Shown here piece after piece: positions 23,578 through 33,971 of a stretch of DNA of 64,000 nt; the first letter of the stretch is position 1, and each line of letters starts with the position of its first letter. The stretch covers positions 134,478,001 through 134,542,000 of the forward strand of contig OZ360221.1 in NCBI GenBank assembly GCA_977017645.1, read 5' to 3'. Made by a program: the position numbers and the translations under genes. The notes under the pieces were generated by a model. It had not been told where the DNA came from. It searched no databases and was given only the letters and a program-made list of their open reading frames with translations. The stretch is from Torpedo marmorata (taxonomy: Eukaryota).

Positions 23578-24322
23578 GGAATAGAAAGAACGTACACGGT
23601 AAATGGTAGGGCACTGAGGAGTGCGGTAGAACAGAGGGATCTGGGAATACAGATACATAATTCCTTGAAAGTGGCGTCACAGGTGGATAGGGTTGTAAAG
23701 AGAGCTTTTGGCATATTGGCCTTCATAAATCAAAGTATTGAGTATAGGAGTTGGAATGTTATGTTAAAGTTGTATAAGACATTGGTGAGGCCAAATTTGT
23801 GCAGTTTTGGTTACCTAACTACAGGAAAGATATCAATAAGATAGAAAGAGTGCAGAGAAGATTTACTAGGATGTTGCCCAGACTTCAGGAACTGAGTTAC
23901 AGGGAAAGATTAAACAGTTTAGGACTTTATTCCCTGGAGCGTAGAAGAATGAGGGGAGATTTGATAGAGGTATTTAAAATTATGAGGGGGATAGACAGAG
24001 TAAATGTAGATAGGCTTTTTCCACTGAGGGTAGGTGAGATACAAACCAGAGGACATGGGTTAAGAGTGAAAGGGGAAAAGTTTAGGGGGAACATGAGGGG
24101 GAACTTCTTCACACAGAGAGTGGTGGGAGTATGGAACGAGCTTCCAGCTGAAGTGGTGAATGCAGGCTCAATTTTAACATTTAAGAGGAATTTGGACAGG
24201 TACATGGATGGGAGAGGTATGGAGGGCTATGGTGCAGGTCAGTGGGACTAGGCAAAAAAAATGGTTCGGTGCAGACTAGAAGGGCCGAAGAGGCCTGTTT
24301 ATGTGCTGTAATGTTCTATAGT
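23578..24322 (+). mobile_element. CR1/HER1-like LINE 3' fragment
   Basis: RT C-terminal motifs EQRDLGI, ERVQRRFTRMLP, RRMRGDLIEVFKI, TRGH, FFTQRVVGVWN; typical 3' UTR. Confidence 0.9.
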
Positions 24323-25915
24323 AGAATAGACACCTGAGGAGGAGGGAATAGTATATAAAGGAGCCTAACTGGTTCCTAGTGCCAGGTGAGGACCTGGCCA
24401 GGCAAGTCACCTTAAATTAAAGGAATTGCAGAGAATGCGATGCCACTAAATTCTTCAATAAAAATCGACAATGCTAGAAATAGTCATCACGTCAGGCAGC
24501 ATCCACAGAGTGAAATATAAAGTTGACTTTCAGGTCAATGACATTTCATCAGAGTCTTTATGTTTTGCAAGTTTCCAACAGCAGGCAAGCCTCAGAATCA
24601 GATTGTTCCCTAACAAGGCTTCAAAGGGACCGATGGCATTCGGTGCACATCTGATGTGGAAAATGTATCATCTGGAAGGGTTTGATTTGTAATCAGAAAT
24701 ATCAGAGATATGGTGTAAGTGCAGGAACATGACATTGAATTAAAGGGCCAGCCACAAACACTTGAATGGTGGAGCGGGCATGAGGAGCTGAATGACATAC
24801 TCCCGCTTCTGTGCCTTTTTTTGCCAAATTGAATTTCAGAGTGGATCCAAGAGACTGCAAATGTAAAACACGAAAGTCTGCTGACTCCATGATTGAAGTA
24901 AAAACACAATGCTGGAGAAACTCAGCAGGTCAAACAGTATACTTTATCTAGCATACCTTCGTCAAGGTATGAGCCAACATAAAAGAGACTGCAGATGCTG
25001 GAATCCGGAGTAACAAACAATTGACTGATTGAACTCAGCAGGTCAATCAGCTGCCTCTGTCCGTCATCCTTCACCCCACCCCGGTTCTCCAATCCCCACT
25101 GTCCTCTGTCCAACCCCTCCCACCCCGTCCACATTATACCAGCTATCTCTACCCTCTCAACCTTGATGAAGGGTTCCAGCTCGAAACGTCGATAATTCTT
25201 TTTCTCCCACTGATGTTGCTCAACTCCAGCAGATTGTTTGTTGCTCTGAATTCCAGAATAGCTTGATTAGTGCCAGAAATCATTATATTTAAATTCTGCT
25301 CTGAAAAATAACAATATTCACATACATAACAATGGGAAAAAAGTGTCTGAATTTCCAAGCCTGCAACTTCAGTTTAGAATTTTGGTTTGCTATGTAAATG
25401 ATTGACTGCAAAAGTCAATTATCTGGCAGGAGAATGATGCAATGAGGCTAATGTGAATACTCAGATTTATGTTCATGCGGGGAAGAGAGATGTTCTACAG
25501 GGAGTCTTTGGGTCGCCTCATTTCCTACTTATCACTTACAACCTCCTTTTAAACTCAGGAACTGTTATGAATTTTCCTAATGTCTTCAGTTTTCCCTTTC
25601 CATGATTCCTCCTGTCCACCAGCCCTGACATCAAATTTATCTTTTGCTGTCCACTTTGAATGTGCAATAAGTGGGGCTTGCATGATGTACCCTGGTTATG
25701 AAATTTGATTCTATTGATTTTAGAAGAGTTCATTTCAGAACCAGAGTACACCACATCTGCAGCTATATCTCATGTATAATTCGTGACCACAGATGAATCT
25801 CTACCTCTTTGTCTTAAAAATACAAATTCTCTGAGGAAACTTCCAACAGCAAACAGAATATGGTGACAAAATAATATTAATGTCATTACTTTTAATTTTG
25901 TAATTAATATTATGT

Positions 25916-26419
25916 AAAAGGTGGAGAGAGTGCAGAGAAGGTTTACCAGAATGTTACCTGGGTTTAAGAATCTAGAGTACAAGGAGAGATTGAGCATATT
26001 AGGTCTTTATTCTTTGGAGCGTAGAAGGTTGAGAGGGGATTTGATAGAGGTATTTAAAATTATGAAAGGGATAGACAGAGTGGATGTGGATAGACTATTT
26101 CCATTAAGAATAGGAGAGATTGAAACAAGAGGACATGAGCTAAGAGTTAAGGGGCAGAGGTTTAGAGGTAACATGAGGGGGAACTTCTTTACTCAGAGAG
26201 TGGTAGCGGTGTGGAATGAGCTTCTGGGAGAAGTAGTGGTGGCAGAGTCAATTTTATTATTTAAGAAAAAGTTGGACAAGTATATGGATGAGAAGGAAGT
26301 GGAGGGTTATGGGCAGGGTGCAGGTAGGTGGGACTAGATAGGAATGTTTGGTACGGTGCGGACTGGAAGGGCCTAATGGCCTGTTTCCGTGCTGTAATTG
26401 TTATATGGTTATATGGTTA
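25916..26419 (+). mobile_element. CR1/HER1-like LINE 3' fragment
   Basis: ERVQRRFTRMLP...FFTQRVVAVWN; (TATGGT/TATATGG)n tail. Confidence 0.9.
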
Positions 26420-26542
26420 ACAAATTGAATGATGGGAACACTCATCGAGATTGAGACCAGCCTTTGAACTTCTTTTCATCAGTCATTGAATTACTTACTC
26501 CCATTGTTTACAGGGCATCATTCATTCTCTAAATAATGATGT

Positions 26543-28585
26543 TCAGAATCAGAATTTATTGTCATGAACAAGTCATGAAATTTGGTCTTTTGCGGCAGCA
26601 TCATAGTGCAATTAACATTCATATTAACCATCTTACGACATTACTAAAAAAATTATAAAAAATAGTGCACGAAAAGTAAGGCAGTGTCTTTGGTTCATTG
26701 ATTATTCAGGAATCTGATGGCAGCGGGGAAGAAGCTGTCCTTGTGCCGTTGAGTGCTCGTCTTTAGGATCCTGTACCTTTTTCCTGATGGTAGCAGGGTG
26801 AAGAGGGCACGGCCTGGGTGGTGGGGGTCTTTGAGGATAGAGGCTGCTTTTTTAAGACACCACCTCATGTAGATGTCCTCGATGGAGTGACGTTTGGTGC
26901 CTGTGATGTCACAGGTCGAGTTAACAACCTTCTGGAATTTACTCTTGTCCTGGGAGTTGGAACCTCTATACCAGGCAGTGATGCAACCGGCCAGAATGCT
27001 CTCCACGGTACACCTGTAGAAGTTTACGAGAGTCTTCGGTGACATACCGAATCTCCGCAAACATCTCACAAAGTATAGCCGCTGACGAGCCTTCTTTGTG
27101 ATTGCATCAACGTGGATGCTCCAGGACAGATCCTCGGAGATGTTGACACCCAGGAATTTGAAGTTATTGACCCTCTCCACGACTGAGCCCTCGATGAGGA
27201 CTGGATCGTGTTCCCCTGACTTCCTCCTGAAGTCCACAATCATCTCCTTGGTTTTGCTGACGTTGAGCTCAAGGTTGTTGCCATTACACCATTCAACGAG
27301 CTGATCTATCTCCCTCCTGTACGCTTCCTCATTGCCGTTTGTGATTCTGCCAACAACTGTGGTGTCATCGGCAAACTTGTAGATGGTATTGGAATTGTGC
27401 CTGGCCACACAGTCATGGGTGTATAACGAGTAGAGCAGTGAACTAAGCACGCATCCTTGGGGTGCGCCTGTGTTGATAATCAGTGAGGAGGAGACGTTGT
27501 TTCCAATTCGTACTGACTGTGGTCTTCCGATGAGAAAGTCAAGGATCCAGTTGCAGAGGGGGGTACAGAGGCCTAGAGTTTGTAGCTTCTTGACCAGCAC
27601 TGAGGGAATAATGGTATTGAAGGCCGAGCTGTAGTCGATGAAGAGCAGCCGTATGTATGAATTGCTGTTTTCGAGGTGATCCAGAGCTGAGTGGAGAGCC
27701 AGCGATATTGCATCTGCTGTGGAGCGATTGTGACGATAGGCGAATTGCAGTGGGTCCAGATCTTTGCTTAGGTATGTGTTAATTCTGGCCATGACCAGCC
27801 TCTCAAAGCAGTCGTTGAGGCAGCCCGCACTACTCTTCTTGGGTACTGGGATGATTGATGCCCTTTTGAAGCAGGTGGGAACCTCTGACTGCCGCAATGA
27901 GAGGTTGAAAATGTCTGTGAACACTCCGGCTAGTTGGTTGGCGCAGATTTTCAGTACCTGCCAGGTACGCCGTCAGGGCCTGACGCCTTGCGAGGGTTCA
28001 CCCTCTTGAATGATGTTCTGACGTCGCCCTCAGAGACAGATATCACAGGGTCCTCAGCCTTTTCAGGGATTCTAGTAGGCACTGTTTTGTTCTTCTTCTC
28101 AAAGCGGGCATAGAAGGTGTTCAGCTCATCGGGCAGTGAAGCATCACAGCCATCTATAGTGTTCGCCCTCGCTTTGTCGGCTATAATGGCCTGCACTCCC
28201 TGCCATAGCTGGCGTGTATCTGTCTCTGTCTCTAGCTTCCTCCGGAATTGCCACTTTGCTTCAGAGATGGCCTTCCGCAGGTCGTGCCTGGACTTCTTGT
28301 AAAGATCCTGGTCCCCGGCCTTAAATGCCCTTGTTCTCGTCCTCAGCAGGTTGCTAATTCTCTGATTCATCCAGGACTTCTGGTTGGGGAACACCCGGTA
28401 TTTGCGCGTGGGGACACACTCATCCACGCAGGTCTTGATGAAGTCGGTGACACCTGTTGCATATTCATTTAGGTCTATGGCTGAGTGCTTGAATATGTTC
28501 CAGTCCACCGATTCAAAGCAGTCCTGCAGACGCTCCTCCGCCCCCCCTCGACCACACTTTCGCCGTCCTCACCGCTGGTGCTGTG
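26543..28585 (-). mobile_element. Rex1/Babar-like LINE, 5'-truncated
   Basis: RT with [38 protein letters not shown] and C-terminal [17 protein letters not shown]; short-repeat 3' tail; carries a 36-nt in-frame deletion relative to the 53.3-54.7 kb copy. Confidence 0.88.
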
Positions 28586-29149
28586 TTCTGCGATTCTGTA
28601 TTTTCATGCGCAATGTAATGTCAAACATGTGCATGATACACAATATATTTATTAACATGATGCAGGTGCACACTGTAACATGCAATATCAGAAAATAACA
28701 ATCTCATTAACAGATAATTTAATTTGCAAAATCATATTTAGGTTTTGAATATTCGAAAATCACAAATGTGCCTTTAGTACACTTATGCTAGTTGATTAAA
28801 ATATATGATAAAACAGCCATAAATATTCCGTTATGTTTCAGCGTTATAATCAAGGATTGGAAGCTTCTCACTCATCTCCTTAATTTTAACAATATAAAAG
28901 AAATGTTTTTAAGTTATAGAGACACCTGAACTATACAGTTCCTAATTTATACGGTGAAGCCAAAATATCTTCTAGCATCATTTGAAATAACTTTACAACA
29001 ATATTACAGCAGAAAGAATATACAGGATGATTACTGTTACTGTTTGTTTTATACATTGCCTGTGGAACTTGCTTTTGACACAAATAAAGTAACAGATTGA
29101 GAAAAAGAACAAAGCAAAACATGGTATACATATACTCAATTAAAATATA

Positions 29150-29370
29150 CAGTAAAAAAATCCCTGTTATCCAGAATTTATGCAACCGGCAAGCTCAATC
29201 AACCGGAAAGAAATCGCGGAAAATAAATGGGTAAAAAATACGGAACTTTAAAATTGGTGCACCTCGCCGTTGGTTCTCTATTCACGCAATACGCAGTCTC
29301 AAGCAATGGGAAAAAACACTTATCCGGCACCTACCAATCCCCGTAGGTGCCGGATATGAGGGGTTTACTG
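29150..29370. mobile_element. Tc1/mariner (pogo/Tigger-like) MITE
   Basis: TIRs CAGTAAA...TTTACTG flanked by TA; inverted sibling copy at 37898-38364. Confidence 0.7.
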
Positions 29371-29391
29371 TACTGTCCTTTTAATGGCCAA

Positions 29392-29766
29392 CAGTGGTTT
29401 TCAAACTGCCCCCCTAAACTCACATTCCACCTTAAGTAATCCCTATGCCATAAGTGCTCTGTGATTAGTAAGGGTTTGCTTAAGGTGGTATGTGAGTGGA
29501 AATAAAAAGTTTGAAAACCACTGTTTTAATCGTACCTAATTGACTCGTTATGTGCACGGTTTCATAACTCCAAAGGAAATGGGCCAATGACAATTTTTCT
29601 CAAGCAAAATATTTCAGTAACAATTGGGTCAAGAGCAGTGGTTCTCAACCTTCCCTTCCCACTCACATACCACCTTAAGCAATCCCTTACTAATCACAGA
29701 GCACTTATGGCATAGGGATTGCTTAAGGTGGAATGTGAGTTTCGGGGGGCAGTTTGAAAACCACTG
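29392..29766. mobile_element. hAT(Charlie)-like palindromic MITE
   Basis: Ends CAGTGGTTTTCAAACTGCCCCC / GGGGGCAGTTTGAAAACCACTG; two ~130-bp internally palindromic arms; no clear 8-bp TSD. Confidence 0.7.
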
Positions 29767-30458
29767 GCCTAGATTATAGACAGGAGATATTTCGAGATGT
29801 GAGTGAAACACGAAAGTCTGCAGACGCTGTGATTGTAGTAAAAACACACCGAAATGTGGAGTAACTCAGCCAGTCTTTCAGCGTCCATAGGAGACAACGA
29901 TATATTGCCGACATTTCAGGCCTGAGCCCTTCTTCAAGGAATAAGCAGAATCTAGATGTCCTTTGTTTACTTTTAGCTGTTTATTCACACCTTTGCACTA
30001 TCAGCTGTTGATTTGTAAATGACATTATTCTATTGTTTTATCTTAACTCTTTTCTTAAGGTTTAATAATGATCAGACAAAATAAAGCTGGCATTGTTGAT
30101 TTTTAAAGCAAAACCTAAATTCCCAGAACAAGCTTTAAAGCTATCAATAAGGTTTGGCTACTGTATAATATCTCATTAAGTCTCTGTGGTTAAACCACTG
30201 TAAATACATGTATATATGTTCATGGTTGTCTGGACACGCCCCTTACTGGCTATACCTGTGGCTCCTCCCACAGACTCCTTAATAAAGATTATTGTGCCAC
30301 AGCTCCCTCCCCATTCCAGCTCAGATGACCACCAGGAGTGTACATCCATTCCAATGTGAATAAAAGCCTATCGGTTCCTGTCTAACTTCTAGTCTTTGGA
30401 GTTATTGATGGTGCATCAATTTTATTCACATTGTTTTTCGATAATGGATCAGTATCTG

Positions 30459-31331
30459 TGTTACAAACTCAAACCAGCAACGACAGAAGACGCAATGCAA
30501 AAGGGGTAAAATTGAAATTTATATTTATTAAAGACAATTAAACATATAATTTCACAACAATTAACCCCACTATAAACGTCTATAAAAACTATTCTTATCT
30601 AAAGAGTGTGTGTGTATGTGTGTAAAGCCCAGACCATTACAGTCTGTGCCCAACCCTCATGAAAAAATGGAAAACCTTCCCCAAAACCCCCAGGTTAGTC
30701 ATAAAAATAAGACAGTCCCAAAAATACAGTCCACAAAAATTCACTCTATGTTCAGGGTCCAAATTCAGCTCTGTGTGCTGGCAAGAAGGACTTCTTAATG
30801 AACGTTGGAGAGAGAGACAATGACTGTTTATGCTTACGAATGCTTGGCCTGCTTTTCTTCTCTGATGACTTTCCCTTTTGGTAGATTTACGAGGATTGCA
30901 ACTCCAAATCAGTATACCACTGATTGAGACGTGTACTTGGATCTCACAGCCGGTCTCGCTGATCTCTCGCCTGTTCTTCACAAAAGTGGTTTTAACTCAG
31001 GATTTTCCTGAGACAGGAGGCCATGTGCTATTCTCCCAGCCTTTTCCCCTGGGATGCACAAGCCTGGATTTTGCTGTGTTCTCCAGCCTTTGCAACTCCA
31101 AAAACACAACTGAACCTCAATGCTTTTTGCAGAGGTTTGCACCTGCTTTTGCAAAAATGCAACAAAGTATCTCTCCACAGACTGTCTCTCTCTGGTGTCT
31201 CTCTCTCTGTGAGTACAAGAAGTCCTGGGCGAGTTAACTCTTTAAGTACCAGGTCCCAGTGTGTACTCCAAAATACTTCATCCTTCCTGCTGTCCGTCCG
31301 CAGTCCAAATGGTCAGTCATAGTCCATAACA
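30459..31331. mobile_element. Solo LTR (873 bp) of an unrelated family inserted into Gypsy gag codon 5
   Basis: TGTTA...TAACA ends; 4-bp TSD TCTG/CCTG (1 mismatch); removal restores MDQYLKPEKLELDPRSPEASNCFEHWLR, homologous to the gag N-terminus at 46146. Confidence 0.8.
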
Positions 31332-32119
31332 CCTGAAACCAGAAAAGTTGGAGCTAGACCCTCGATCACCTGAGGCATCCAACTGTTTCGAGCACTGGCT
31401 GCGTTGATTCGAGGCATTCTTGAGGGCCTCCGCTGCTGTCGTCCAATCGGAAGACGACAAACTACAACTACTACATTCCCGAGTCGGGCACGGGTGTACT
31501 TGATGATCAGCGGCGCTGAACCTTACGAGGAGGCTATGGATACGCTAAAAGGCCAGTACCTGAAGAAGGTAAACCAAGTCTACACAAGACATCTGCTAGC
31601 TACCCGAAAACAGCGACATGGAGAATCGAGTGATGAGTACCTACTAGCCCTGCGAACCCTCGGACGGGCCTGCAACTCTGCGGCCGTTACGGCCGCGAGG
31701 TACACAGAGGACCTCATAATGGATGCCTATGTCGCCGGTATCCGATCGAACTACATAAGGCAGAGACTGTTGGAGCAAGGTGAGCTCGGCTTGCGGAGGG
31801 CTGTGAACCTAGCGGACACATTAGAAGTGGCCCTCCAAAACATGGACGCGTACTCGGCCGATAACGCGGCCGCACTGTGGTTGCCGCGGGGGGCGTCGCC
31901 GTCTTGGGACGCGGGAGGGTTGCAAGCCTGTGGAACACCGTCACGTTCCGTTACCGACTCGACCACGGCTGCTATGACCCGCAACCAGCCGAAGTGCTAC
32001 TTCTGCAGATTGGATAAGCACCCCCGGAAACGCTGCCCGGCGAAAGATGCGGTCTGCGCTAACTGCAGGAAGAAGGGGCACTACGCGAAAGTCTGTAAGT
32101 CCCAACCACCCGCTAGACC

Positions 32120-32345
32120 CATCAGCGCCACGTGCGAGCAGAGGGCGCCGCCATCTTTGATGACATCATCTTCACAACCCAGCAGCGCCGCGTGTGAACC
32201 ATGGGGGCCGCCATCTTGGATGACGCCATCTTCCCAACCCAGCAGCGCCGCATGCGAACCATGGGGGCCGCCATCTGGGACGTCGCCATCTTCCCAACCC
32301 GGCAGCGCCACGTGCGAAACATGGGGGCTGCCATCTTGGGACCGA
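32120..32345 (+). repeat. Four 60-bp (20-aa) tandem units between the gag knuckles and protease
   Basis: CEQRAPPSLMTSSSQPSSAA / CEPWGPPSWMTPSSQPSSAA / CEPWGPPSGTSPSSQPGSAT / CETWGLPSW. Confidence 0.85.
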
Positions 32346-32759
32346 ACACCCGAGCATCGCATCACCCCTACAGAGTCTGACAGCGACTCTGTACTGGCCT
32401 CCATCACTCTCGATCAAGGGAGCCCCCATCAACTGGCCAATTCGTTGATGGACATTGAGGTGGATAGCCACTGGACGAGCTGCCTTTTTGACAGAGGGAG
32501 CACAGAGGGCTTTATACATCCCGACACGGTACAGTGTTACCGACTCGCGGTAATGCCGGTAAGCCACAAAGTCTCCATGGCTTCCAAGTCCCACATAGCA
32601 GAGATCCGCGGGTACTGTGTAGTGACCCTGACTGTACTGGGCACAGAATATAAAAACTTTAAATTACTGGTCATGACACAGCTCTGCGCAGACGTGCTAC
32701 TGGGGCTAGACTTCTAATGTCACCTTAAAAGCGTGACGTTGGAGTACGATGGGCCCCAC

Positions 32760-33971
32760 TGCTTGTGTTCTCCTTGTCAAGGGAGGAACACAGAATTGCA
32801 GTGGCTTCAGAAAGGATGGCCACTTTGCTGCTTCTCTTGGTAAAGAGAGAGTGCTGTGGTGGCATTTTAAATAGCCACTTGTGACTGACCCAATTCTGGG
32901 TAAAAGAAAGCAAGATTATTCTTGTTTCTGGATCATAATCATTTTGATGGTTACTTCGTTTAACCCTTGCCTGGGTTTGTGAAATCATCGTGATAAGTTA
33001 TACTTATTAACCAAATGTTCAAAAGTAATAAAATTAGAATCTATAAACAAGTTTTTAAATGAACATATACCGTGATCTTGCCAAATCTGGAACCCTCTAT
33101 CCTCACTTGCTGGGGTAAAAAAGGAATTTTGGAATATTTAAAGAATGAAGGCATTCCTAATATGGATACTAAAGAATCGCTCCCGCGAGGAGCCAGGAGC
33201 GGAGATAGAGCGCTCCCGCGGGGTCCAACCGCCCAGTCGACTGCCGTCAACTCCGCACGGACTTTGAACGGCCCGTTAAAGGAGCCGACAGTAGTTTTAT
33301 TTAAAATCCCGCGACTATGGGGTTTGCGCCCAAGATGGCAGCGCCTCTGATTGGCAGCATCCACGAGGGGTTGCAGACTCCAGGGGAGCGGAGGACTGGC
33401 GCAGGGCACCAGAAAACGGGGAGACCATCCCCCATCTGAGAAGGAGAAGCAGAGGAGACGACCCACAGGACGGTGACCACGGCGGCGGACCAGTGAGGTG
33501 GCTCTGCGGCTGAAAGTCCAATGCATGCGGCGGGCTGCTGGTGACTCGAAGCGAGGAACCCGCGGAGGCTGTAGGTTGCTGGAGACTGCTGTTGGGAGAC
33601 TCGCGCCGGGCTGCGGACTGCTGGAGACTGGCTCAAACTGACTGAAGGGGTACCAGGTATCGGAACCGGGATGCGAGGGGGTGCTGAAGGTGCTGAAGGG
33701 TTCCTGACCGTGTCGGAGGTTCAGATCTGGAGCTCGGGTTGCCAATGGTTTGGACTGGACTCTGTGTGGCTGCGGAGGCTGCGGAGGTGAATCTACAGAC
33801 CCTGGGTGACTCTGGGGGGACTCTCTTTTGCTTCTCTTTCTCTGACTGTAAGAGGCGCTTCAGGCAATTTCTGCCGAAGGCGAATCTGTCTGCCTTACAG
33901 CAGGCAAAAGGAATTTCGTGTAATATGACACTTTTATTGCATGACAATAAGTTGAATCTTGAATCTTGAAT
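32760..33971 (+). mobile_element. Composite non-coding retroposon-like insertion in Gypsy pol, ending in a (TTGAATC)n tail
   Basis: Interrupts YDGPH|PPLTVCNPQF (compare YDGPHPAITVANHQF in the 41.9-46.4 kb element); AT-rich 5' part, GC-rich 33175-33870 part, 3' end atgacaataa(g)ttgaatcttgaatcttgaat resembling Rex1-like LINE tails. Confidence 0.65.
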
